From: a virus
Taxonomy: Duplodnaviria; Caudoviricetes
Virus record (IMG/VR): IMGVR_UViG_3300032047_000127
Span: 1-24,238 of that record
DNA length: 24,238 nt
Reading direction: 5' to 3' (one strand)
Shown here: positions 15,549 through 24,036 of the stretch, piece after piece
How the letters are laid out: the number at the start of each line of letters is the position of its first letter
How positions within the stretch are numbered: the stretch's first letter is position 1
The notes under the pieces: generated by a model
Told to the model about the DNA's origin: nothing
Databases searched by the model: none
What the model saw: the letters and a program-made list of their open reading frames with translations, nothing else
Program-made: the position numbers and the translations under genes

Positions 15549-17885
15549 ATGGCCGAAGAGACCCCAAATATAGATCCTAAAAACGCACAAGAAGCATCAA
15601 AAGCGACTTCTGAAATGGCTGAGAATATTAAAGCATTCTCTAAAGAAGCTACTGAAGCCGGAATGAATTTAGGTAGCATATCGAATCACTTAAAAAATAT
15701 TGCCAAAGGATCTAAAGATTTTAAATCAGAAATACAGGGAGCTGGACAATTAGTATCTTCAGTATCTAAAATGTCTGCTGACATAGCTCAATTTACCAAA
15801 GATGGATTAGCCTCCCAGAAAGATACTGAAAAATTTCTTAAAAAACAAAAAATTGTAAAAGGTCAGATTCAAGCTATAGAATCTAAAATGGCTGTTTTAA
15901 TAGAAAAAGCTGCACATGCTGGTGAAGAAGAAGCAAAGCAGATAATGAAAACAGTTGAAGGGTTATCTAGTGCTCAATATGAAGCAGAGAGACTTTTAAG
16001 TACCTTTGAAGCAATAGAAGATGTTAATGATGAACTAAATAACGATACTAAATTCTTTGATAGTATGTCTGATTTAGTAGGAGACATACCAGTAGTAGGT
16101 AAACTATTTGGCGAATTTAAATCAGGAGCTGAAGCAGCAAGAAAAGCAGGAGTAGAAGGAGGAGATGCACTATTCGCAGGAGCTTCCCAACTCGCAGGTG
16201 CAGCAGGTAAAATGGGAATGCTTTTCGCAGTAGGTACCTTTATGAAAGGTATTTTCAAAACCAATCAAGATGTAACAGACCTAGCTAGAAATTTAAACAT
16301 AACTAGAGAAGAAGCAAGAGGTTTAGATAAAAGATTTAGATCATTAAGTGCTAACACTAAAGGATTAACAAGCACACAGTTTAGAGAAGCTTATGCAGGT
16401 ATTGCCGATGGTTTAGGAATTACAGCTGATTTATCCGATGATACTTTAGTTACTATAGGTGCTATGACTAAGAAATTAGGTCTAACATCAGAAGAAGCAA
16501 CTAGATTAGCAACAGTTACAGCAGGTACAGGTCAAGATATGAAAGAATTCAATGATGACCTTATTGGTAGAGTTATGTTACAGAATAGTGTTAACGGTAC
16601 AGCTATTAGGTATCAAGATGTAATGAAAGATATTGCAAACGCTTCAGCATCAGTTCAGCTATCTACTGCAAATATGCCTGGAGGATTAGCACAAGCAGCA
16701 TTTCAAGCAAGAAGATTAGGTTTATCCTTTGCAACAATGGAAGGTGTCGCTGCAAATTTACTAGATTATGAAAGTTCTATAGGAGCTGAAATGGAAGCAG
16801 AGCTTTTAACAGGTCAACAATTAAACCTAGATGGAGCTAGAATGGCAGCATTAAGAAATGATATGGTAGGAATGGCTCAAGAGTTAGCCAAACAAGGAAT
16901 TACAGCTGCGAAATTTGGTAGTATGAATCGTATTCAACAGACAGCAGTTGCTAAAGCCATGGGAATGTCTCGAGAAGAGATGTCTGAAATGCTTATGAAA
17001 CAAAAAGCAATGGCAGAACTTTCCAGTGTAGAAGGAGACACCTTAGATGCAAAAGTTAGGAATGAGTTTAAACGTATTAATGCTATGGCAGAAGGCGAAG
17101 CTAAAGAAAAAGCACTAGCAAAACTTCGTCAACAAGCCGGAAATGACGAATTAGTACGACAATTAGAAAATAAATCTGTAGCAGAAGCTCAAAAAGAAGC
17201 TATGGAAAAAATGGCAGAAGCAGTTGGAGATTTAGCTATAGCGTTAGAACCTATAACTGGATTCTTTGGCGTGATAGCATCAGCAGCAGGAGAAACTTTA
17301 GGTTTTATCACTAAAATGAGTAGTAAATTAAAGACTGTTGGTAATTTAATTAAAATGTCTTTTAAACCTTTAGTAGCACTACCAATGAAAGGTTTAAGTT
17401 TTTTGAAAAAAATATCAGGCTTCTTAAAAACTATTGGTAAAGGTGCTGGAAAAGCAGCAGGTAAATCATTATTGAAAAAAATACCTATTATCGGTTTAAT
17501 AGTAGGAGTTGGATTAGCAGTAAAAAGAGCAATGTCAGGAGATATATTAGGTGCATTAGGAGAAATTGGTTCCGGTGTAGCTTCTTTATTCCCCGGTATA
17601 GGAACAGGTATTTCCATGGGTATTGACGCAGCTTTAATGGCTGGGGATGCTACTGGAGTTACGGGACTAGAAGGTGGTTCTGCTTCTATAAATGTAGATG
17701 ACTTTACTTTAAGCACAAATCCAGCAGATACTATTACTATGGCAGGAGGTACTAAATTAGGAGGTAATGTTGAATCATTATTAGAACAATTAATTAGCAC
17801 AGTCGAAAGAACTTCAGGTCAAGATATTAACCTAGATGGATTTAGAATAGGGGAAGTACAAAGATTAACAGCAACAACAACATAA
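15549..17885 (+). CDS. Tail tape measure protein (778 aa)
   Basis: Long Ala/Glu/Lys/Met-rich helical ORF directly after the chaperone pair, with a Gly-rich hydrophobic segment near the C-terminus (KKIPIIGLIVGVGLAV...FPGIGTGISMGIDAAL). Confidence 0.88.
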   Translation: MAEETPNIDPKNAQEASKATSEMAENIKAFSKEATEAGMNLGSISNHLKNIAKGSKDFKSEIQGAGQLVSSVSKMSADIAQFTKDGLASQKDTEKFLKKQKIVKGQIQAIESKMAVLIEKAAHAGEEEAKQIMKTVEGLSSAQYEAERLLSTFEAIEDVNDELNNDTKFFDSMSDLVGDIPVVGKLFGEFKSGAEAARKAGVEGGDALFAGASQLAGAAGKMGMLFAVGTFMKGIFKTNQDVTDLARNLNITREEARGLDKRFRSLSANTKGLTSTQFREAYAGIADGLGITADLSDDTLVTIGAMTKKLGLTSEEATRLATVTAGTGQDMKEFNDDLIGRVMLQNSVNGTAIRYQDVMKDIANASASVQLSTANMPGGLAQAAFQARRLGLSFATMEGVAANLLDYESSIGAEMEAELLTGQQLNLDGARMAALRNDMVGMAQELAKQGITAAKFGSMNRIQQTAVAKAMGMSREEMSEMLMKQKAMAELSSVEGDTLDAKVRNEFKRINAMAEGEAKEKALAKLRQQAGNDELVRQLENKSVAEAQKEAMEKMAEAVGDLAIALEPITGFFGVIASAAGETLGFITKMSSKLKTVGNLIKMSFKPLVALPMKGLSFLKKISGFLKTIGKGAGKAAGKSLLKKIPIIGLIVGVGLAVKRAMSGDILGALGEIGSGVASLFPGIGTGISMGIDAALMAGDATGVTGLEGGSASINVDDFTLSTNPADTITMAGGTKLGGNVESLLEQLISTVERTSGQDINLDGFRIGEVQRLTATTT

Positions 17886-17893
17886 AAATAAAC

Positions 17894-17901
17894 TATTTAT
17901 A
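17894..17901 (+). promoter_or_regulatory. TATTTATA motif, putative late promoter
   Basis: Exact octamer 17 nt before ATG 17919. Confidence 0.65.
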
Positions 17902-17918
17902 ATTAAAAACACAAAATT

Positions 17919-18107
17919 ATGTCACTAAAAGAAAAATTAAAAGATTCAGCATTAGGATTAGGAGGAGTAGATTTAGTAGCAAGAGATGGAAAAGCATTAG
18001 ATGCTTTGAAAGGGACTGTTTTAAATACACCTCATAGTATGAAAGGTAAAACACCTGATCCTTCTTATGAAACTGAAATTTCTATAAAAGATCCTAGAAA
18101 GTCTTAA
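17919..18107 (+). CDS. Small hypothetical protein (62 aa)
   Basis: Fills the gap between the tape measure and baseplate genes, with TATTTATA and an A-rich leader like neighbouring genes. Confidence 0.7.
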   Translation: MSLKEKLKDSALGLGGVDLVARDGKALDALKGTVLNTPHSMKGKTPDPSYETEISIKDPRKS

Positions 18108-18125
18108 TAGTATACTCTATTACTT

Positions 18126-19622
18126 ATGGCGTTAATTAATTTACAAACAGATCTAAAGAGTCTTAAATACTCAGATTTCGGAGCGGAAAAACCTTTTATA
18201 ACTAAAAATATAAATAACCCTCCTAATGAAAGTGGTATAGAAAAAGCTACCACTCATCGTATAGACGACTTAAACCGATTTAGAAAATTTTTGACATCAG
18301 GAAAAGGAGTAACATGGATAGCTAATCAAGGAGCACTAAATGTAGTAGAAGCTCAAATAAAAACTAGATCTGATGGTAACTCAAGAAGTTTTGCAGGTCA
18401 AATTTTATCAGGAGGATGGTCTACAGCTAAACTTATTGCTTCAACTGCGGCACAGATACCTGTAAATGGAACCGGTACACACTTTGTAGAAGGATTTGGA
18501 GGTAAATCAGGATATTTAAAAGGTGTACAAGGACACGTCTTAGCTAGAAACGGAGGATTTATACCAACATCTAATATATTAGAGCAGACTGTAGCATTAG
18601 AAGAAGGTAAAACAGAAACTATAAATGTTGGATCTAAGATATTAGGTAAGTACTTACAACCTGGCGCTATACAGATATATAAAAAAGATACTGACCAGTA
18701 CGTTAGAGATCCAGACTTTAAAGCTGATCAGAAAAATTTACTGCAGACAATATTCGGAGGAGGGAATGTAACTCCTAATGAATTGAAATATAGAACTAAT
18801 AGTAAAATAGACGTTCCAGGGTTAAGCTACGGTATGCATTCTGTAACACTTTCAGGCTCTAAAGATAGTACAGATGCAGCAGGAAATAAGATAATACGTA
18901 CTAGAGCAGCACAAGGATTTGTAAATAATGGAGATAGAATATCCGTTCGTCAGCCAGTCTCAGCTTCTTTAGCTGAATTCGCCACAAAAATGGCTGAACA
19001 AGCAGAACAATTTCCAGAACTTTACGGTAATACTAAAGACTTAATTAAGTTTAATATTAAAACAGTTGCTCCTAGAAGTAGCAACGAAGATGGTCCTCTA
19101 ATAACTAGACTAGATTTTAGAGCATATATTGATTCTTTTAGTGATTCTTTTAATGGAAATTGGAGTAAAACAAATTATATTGGAAGAGCAGAAGAATTAT
19201 ACAGTTATTCTGGAATGTCAAGAGCAATTCAATTTAATTTTAAAGTTGTTGCTCATACACAGAGAGAATTAGTACCCATATATAACAAGCTTAATAAATT
19301 AGTTGGTTCTACCGCACCAAATTATATGAATCAGAACTATATGAGAGGTACTTTTAATATGGTAACGGTAGGTGATTACTTAATTAATATGCCTGGTTAT
19401 TTTACTTCTATTAATTTAACTTGGAACAAAGATTATCCTTGGGCACATAGTGAAGATGATGGAGGAGAGCTACCTACTATTTTAGACGTACAGTGTTCTT
19501 ATCAACCAATTCATAGATCTGCACCAACTAATGGCATGGTATTTATAGGTGATGATTTTAATTTAGCAAATGATACTAATTTTGAAGTTCAACAATTAGA
19601 TGAAGTAGTAATTACAGGATAA
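18126..19622 (+). CDS. Baseplate/tail-tube initiator-like protein (498 aa)
   Basis: C-terminal region (FRAYIDSFSDSFNGNWSKTNYIGRAEELYSYSGMSRAIQFNFKV...TVGDYL.NMPGYFTSINLTW...LPTILDVQCSY) looks like a tube-fold domain. It sits after the tape measure and before the LysM-like gene. Confidence 0.6.
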   Translation: MALINLQTDLKSLKYSDFGAEKPFITKNINNPPNESGIEKATTHRIDDLNRFRKFLTSGKGVTWIANQGALNVVEAQIKTRSDGNSRSFAGQILSGGWSTAKLIASTAAQIPVNGTGTHFVEGFGGKSGYLKGVQGHVLARNGGFIPTSNILEQTVALEEGKTETINVGSKILGKYLQPGAIQIYKKDTDQYVRDPDFKADQKNLLQTIFGGGNVTPNELKYRTNSKIDVPGLSYGMHSVTLSGSKDSTDAAGNKIIRTRAAQGFVNNGDRISVRQPVSASLAEFATKMAEQAEQFPELYGNTKDLIKFNIKTVAPRSSNEDGPLITRLDFRAYIDSFSDSFNGNWSKTNYIGRAEELYSYSGMSRAIQFNFKVVAHTQRELVPIYNKLNKLVGSTAPNYMNQNYMRGTFNMVTVGDYLINMPGYFTSINLTWNKDYPWAHSEDDGGELPTILDVQCSYQPIHRSAPTNGMVFIGDDFNLANDTNFEVQQLDEVVITG

Positions 19623-19924
19623 TGAATAGATACAATAAAATAGGTATATTTAAAACAAGAGAAGGTAAACGTTATACTAAAAATGTTATTTTCCCAGAAA
19701 TCGCACCTACGGCTAACGATATTTATGTCATAACAACCGCAGGTGATAGATACGATACATTAGCATTAGATTATTATAATGATTCTACTCTTTGGTGGAT
19801 TATAGCATCAGCTAATAACAGCAACAGAGACTCACTCTCAGTTCGTCCCGGTATTCAAATGAGAATACCAATGAATAAGGATTCAGTTATAGAAGAATAT
19901 GATAAGTTAAATGCTGATAGATAA
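19622..19924 (+). CDS. LysM-like baseplate protein (P2 gpX / T4 gp53-type, 100 aa)
   Basis: YVITTAGDRYDTLALDYYNDSTLWWIIASAN...VRPGIQMRIP is the typical baseplate LysM-like signature; TAATG overlaps on both sides. Confidence 0.85.
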   Translation: MNRYNKIGIFKTREGKRYTKNVIFPEIAPTANDIYVITTAGDRYDTLALDYYNDSTLWWIIASANNSNRDSLSVRPGIQMRIPMNKDSVIEEYDKLNADR

Positions 19925-22900
19925 TGGCAGAATCAGGTAAATTATACGGAGTACCATTAAACATAGGGGTACGTACTCAACTAGCATATAGAGCACAGAA
20001 TCTAGGCGCTACTGATAAAGATGTACAGCAACTTATGGTTGATAATAACCGAGGAGCATGGGTTTCTTTAGCTTCAAGTGCACAAACTCTTTCTGAGGAA
20101 ACAATAAAGTATAAAGAAACGCTTAAAAAACACCTTACTAGCGGTTGGATAGAAAATCAAATAGCAGCTCAAAAATATTTAGAAAGTGTAGAAGCAGCAA
20201 AATCTGAACAAGGAAATCAGTTAGCTCAAGGTAATATATTAAGTGGAGGTGTGCTATATCCAAGAATTACTGATAGTAATAAATTAAAATTAGAGAGAAG
20301 AACGGGTATAGATTTCGGTAAAACATACAATCCGTTCGGTAATCAAAGTAGTTATGAACATAGCCCGGAATTTGGTTTTCAACCAATGATGGGAATTACT
20401 GATTTTAAAATTGTTACTCAATCAGCTTTCGGTACTTTAAGAAAAGCTACCGTAACTATCAAAGCATTTACTCCAGACCAACTTTCTATATTAGAAACTT
20501 TATATTTTAGACCAGGATTTTCAATGTTACTAGAATGGGGTAACTCGGCATATATAGATAAAAATGGAGAAATAAGTAGCTATAATTTAGGTATAGCAAA
20601 AACATTTACACTAGGTAATTTAAAAGACAAGAAAGTAGAAAATGAAGATGGAACAAAAGAAATTGTAACTGCTGTTCAACAGATGAAAGAAATGATCAAA
20701 GAGAACAGAGAGTTCTCCGGGTACAATTACGACGGTATAATAGGTAAAGTAGTAAACTTTAGTTGGAGGTTAGCTAATGATCAAAGCTATGACTGTACTC
20801 TTGATATACTATCAGAAGGAATGGTAGTAGATGCTATTAAAACAGTTTACACTCCTTCTACTGATACTTCTTTAGATAAATATAAAAGCGGTAATCAAGC
20901 AGAAACTTCAACTACAAGTGATGACTTATTAATAGATGCATTAGAGATATTTAAAAATCCTGAAAAAAGAGCGGAGTATATAGAAAAAGAATATCCCGAC
21001 AGTAAGATAAGAGCTTACTTTAGCGACAGTTTCTTTATAGCAGGGGAAGCCACAGAAGATGGGGAATCTCAATATAATAATGATAGACATTATTACTTAA
21101 CATTAAGAGATTTTTGTTATGTATTCAATAAACAAATACTTGAAAAACAAAACACTGGTAATATTAGTCTTAAGTTTTCTACTAAATTTGATAAATCTGT
21201 AATGACAACATTCCCCGGACATATTTCTAATGATCCTGGTATATGTGTGATGCCTTTTAGAGATGGAGAACCTTATGAATCAAATCCTAAAGGTAGTGAT
21301 ATATCATTTACCAAAGAGATCAATTTATACGGAGGGCTACAAGATAAAAATGGAACTACCATATTTAAACCTAAACCTACTAAATGGAAGTACGATTATC
21401 AAAAGTCTAACATTCACAGAGTTCCTTTAGAAGCTGGAGAAGCTAGTAAACACTTACCTACTATATTTGGTGATGAGTTTTCACATGATTCTCCTTACAA
21501 AATTTTAATAAATATAGATCATCTTATAAGAATACAGGAATCTTTTAAAGAACAAGCTAATGAAGATCACGAAGTAAAAGCTGTAGTCTCTCAGTTCTTT
21601 AATAGACTGTTAAGTGATATAAATACTTCTTTAGGAGGTATAAATAATTTAGCTTGTTTTTTTGATGAAGATAATAACGAATGGATTATTATAGATCATA
21701 ATTGTTTTGATCTACAAGCAGGAACTTCTAAAGAAAAACCTTCTAGTGAACCTCCATTATTAAATATCATAGGATTAAAAACTGAAGTATCTAAGTTAGA
21801 TATTCAAAGTAAAATATCAAATGAAATGTTTAACATGCTAGCAATAACAGCAACATCTAGTGGTCAAAAAGTAGAAGAGAGTATAGATAATTTTTCAAGA
21901 TATAATGCAAACGTTTCTGATAGGTATGTACCACTTGTAAAACCAGAAGTTAAAACAAACAAAAAATCTTCATCTCAAAATTGGAAAGAAGCTAAAGATA
22001 TTAATATCTTAAAACAGATAGCTAAACCTTGGCACAGGTATATTAATGGAAATATAGCCGTCAATATAGCTTCACAAAAAAAGATATACAGTCCAGAAGC
22101 GTTCGAATCATCAAAACAAGCACATGCTCAGTATATGAAAGCTTTGAATGATCAAAGAGAAGGTAAAACAAGGGAAGCAGGAGAAAAACGTCCATTTAAC
22201 GGTGGACTTTTACCTATAGAATTAAGCCTTACCATGAGAGGTATATCAGGATTGAAAATAGGAGAAGCATTTTTAATAAATGATGTTCTTTTACCACAGA
22301 GAAGTAGAGGTTTAATCGGATTTTCTATTACCGGTATAGATCATAGTATTTCTTTAGATAATCAATGGGAAACTAACATTACTACTGCAATGTACAATCT
22401 ACCCGATACAGAAATACCTATAGAAGATGAGTATGAAGAACCTTACAAAGCTCCAGAAGCACCTCCAGCAGAAGGTCCAAAAGAAACTCCTAATGCAAAT
22501 AGATTAAGAGGAGCAATAGCAGCAGCTGGGTACGTAGAAAAGAAAAAGAAAGGATACTCATCAGGGGAACTTACTAGTGCATTAGATGCAACAAATAACA
22601 AAACAGGTAAAGTTGATATTAGTGAAGAAATGGCAGATTATGGAGTTGCTGTTATCAACGCAGTTAAAAAAGAAGTACCTGGTGTTACGTTAACATTTAC
22701 CGGAGGTAATGATAAATTCCATCATGGTTTAAATTATACTAGTAGACACGTAGACGGTAGAGCTCTAGACTTTGTAATAAGTCCATACAGTGCTGATGCT
22801 TATACAAAAGTTCTTAATATAATTGAATCATTTGCAGCAGGTGAAAATGATAAGGTAAGGTTTAAAGATGAATATAAAAGATTGACCGCTGCTGCTACTG

Positions 22901-23007
22901 GTGCTCATTTCCATATATCTTGGGGTAAAGGTACCGAAGGTAAGGATGAACTTGCAGCAGCAATTAAAAAAGTAGAAAAAGGAACTATTCAAAAAAGATT
23001 CGTATAA
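19924..23007 (+). CDS. Baseplate hub-like protein with a C-terminal M15-like zinc peptidase (1027 aa)
   Basis: Follows the LysM gene. Hub-like motifs (LYFRPGFSMLLEWG, YDGIIGKVVNFSW, LTMRGISGLKIGEAF...FSITGIDHSI...WETNI), a Pro/Glu linker, then SRHVDGRALD (22741-22770) and HFH (22906-22914). Confidence 0.7.
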   Translation: MAESGKLYGVPLNIGVRTQLAYRAQNLGATDKDVQQLMVDNNRGAWVSLASSAQTLSEETIKYKETLKKHLTSGWIENQIAAQKYLESVEAAKSEQGNQLAQGNILSGGVLYPRITDSNKLKLERRTGIDFGKTYNPFGNQSSYEHSPEFGFQPMMGITDFKIVTQSAFGTLRKATVTIKAFTPDQLSILETLYFRPGFSMLLEWGNSAYIDKNGEISSYNLGIAKTFTLGNLKDKKVENEDGTKEIVTAVQQMKEMIKENREFSGYNYDGIIGKVVNFSWRLANDQSYDCTLDILSEGMVVDAIKTVYTPSTDTSLDKYKSGNQAETSTTSDDLLIDALEIFKNPEKRAEYIEKEYPDSKIRAYFSDSFFIAGEATEDGESQYNNDRHYYLTLRDFCYVFNKQILEKQNTGNISLKFSTKFDKSVMTTFPGHISNDPGICVMPFRDGEPYESNPKGSDISFTKEINLYGGLQDKNGTTIFKPKPTKWKYDYQKSNIHRVPLEAGEASKHLPTIFGDEFSHDSPYKILINIDHLIRIQESFKEQANEDHEVKAVVSQFFNRLLSDINTSLGGINNLACFFDEDNNEWIIIDHNCFDLQAGTSKEKPSSEPPLLNIIGLKTEVSKLDIQSKISNEMFNMLAITATSSGQKVEESIDNFSRYNANVSDRYVPLVKPEVKTNKKSSSQNWKEAKDINILKQIAKPWHRYINGNIAVNIASQKKIYSPEAFESSKQAHAQYMKALNDQREGKTREAGEKRPFNGGLLPIELSLTMRGISGLKIGEAFLINDVLLPQRSRGLIGFSITGIDHSISLDNQWETNITTAMYNLPDTEIPIEDEYEEPYKAPEAPPAEGPKETPNANRLRGAIAAAGYVEKKKKGYSSGELTSALDATNNKTGKVDISEEMADYGVAVINAVKKEVPGVTLTFTGGNDKFHHGLNYTSRHVDGRALDFVISPYSADAYTKVLNIIESFAAGENDKVRFKDEYKRLTAAATGAHFHISWGKGTEGKDELAAAIKKVEKGTIQKRFV

Positions 23008-23008
23008 T

Positions 23009-23989
23009 ATGTGGTTACCTCCATTTAAAATAATAAAAGGATTATTTGCATCAGCAGGTCAATTTACATTACCTGACGGAAGTGAATACTCAGGACCATA
23101 CCACGCCACTGCTGACGGAGCAGAGTTTACAGGATCTGAACCAGGTAAGGATATGCAAAAACTTACCCCAACATTAGAAAGAATAGCAGAATCAGATCCT
23201 TTTCTTGATACACATAGTGATTTAAAAAAAGCAGAAAATGAAATAGTATACCCTACTCCTAAGGGATATAAAAAAGGCTTTTTTATGAGATTCTACTTAC
23301 AAGACACTAGAAATGGAAAAATAGTAGAAGTAAAAGAAAAAACATATAGAAGGTATAAACCTGAACTTTATATCAAAGGTGTTGAAGTTAAATGGATATT
23401 AGAAAAACCTTTGAAAGATGTGTTTATGAGTGGTTTTTTATATAAAGGAGCAGCAACAAGAAATATAGAAAATATAAATAAAGCGTCTATTGAACTGCCT
23501 GAAATTTCACAATATATTACAGACTACGGTCAATTTGTAAATGTAGAATCAGATGTTGAAGGTTATAAGTTTATGGAACTTCCAGTTGCAGAACAAGAGA
23601 GAATAATAAGAAAGGTAAGACCTAGTATTCAAGAAGCTCCATTGAAAAGAAAAATACCAAGGTTTGGAAAAGTTAAAAAACTTAAACCACAATCTAACTT
23701 ATATACCCCTGGTGGAAGATTTAAGATTGAAGGTTCAAATCAAGAGTATAAAGGTTTTTATCACATACACCCTGAGAAAGGACCAATGGAAGGTGCAGAA
23801 CATAAAACAAAATTTCATAGAAAATTAGTATTAATAGGTGGAACAGTAGATGTAGATTCTTCAACAATTTCACCAGCAGAAGTAGATCCAAGCACATTAC
23901 AGTACGGCGGAACTGCCGGGTCTCAACCTACAACAGGTCAAACCGGAGGATCAGGTGCTTCGTATTCCGGAGGAGGAGGAAGTTACTAG
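23009..23989 (+). CDS. Hypothetical virion-associated protein with two YxGxYH repeats (326 aa)
   Basis: Starts 1 nt after the hub stop. Repeats at 23042-23104 and 23699-23764; Gly/Ser/Thr-rich C-terminal tail. Confidence 0.75.
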   Translation: MWLPPFKIIKGLFASAGQFTLPDGSEYSGPYHATADGAEFTGSEPGKDMQKLTPTLERIAESDPFLDTHSDLKKAENEIVYPTPKGYKKGFFMRFYLQDTRNGKIVEVKEKTYRRYKPELYIKGVEVKWILEKPLKDVFMSGFLYKGAATRNIENINKASIELPEISQYITDYGQFVNVESDVEGYKFMELPVAEQERIIRKVRPSIQEAPLKRKIPRFGKVKKLKPQSNLYTPGGRFKIEGSNQEYKGFYHIHPEKGPMEGAEHKTKFHRKLVLIGGTVDVDSSTISPAEVDPSTLQYGGTAGSQPTTGQTGGSGASYSGGGGSY

Positions 23990-24021
23990 TTGCTTCTTTA
24001 ATATATTTTTCTTATATTATA
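23989..24021 (+). promoter_or_regulatory. Bipartite promoter GTTG-N16-TTCTTATATTATA (copy 3)
   Basis: GTTG at 23989-23992 and TTCTTATATTATA at 24009-24021; the 13-mer is identical to 11645-11657. Confidence 0.7.
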
Positions 24022-24036
24022 TGAAAGGTTATATTA

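Noticed and set aside
13098-17800. Minus-strand ORFs 13098-13367, 14891-15268, 15974-16264 and 17189-17800
   Set aside because: Antisense to the well-supported sheath, chaperone and tape measure genes.
12137-23007. Extracellular contractile injection system, tailocin or T6SS
   Set aside because: No AAA+ ATPase, effectors or bacterial flanking genes are visible. Phage-type promoters, a giant fibre and a possible replication gene favour a phage genome.
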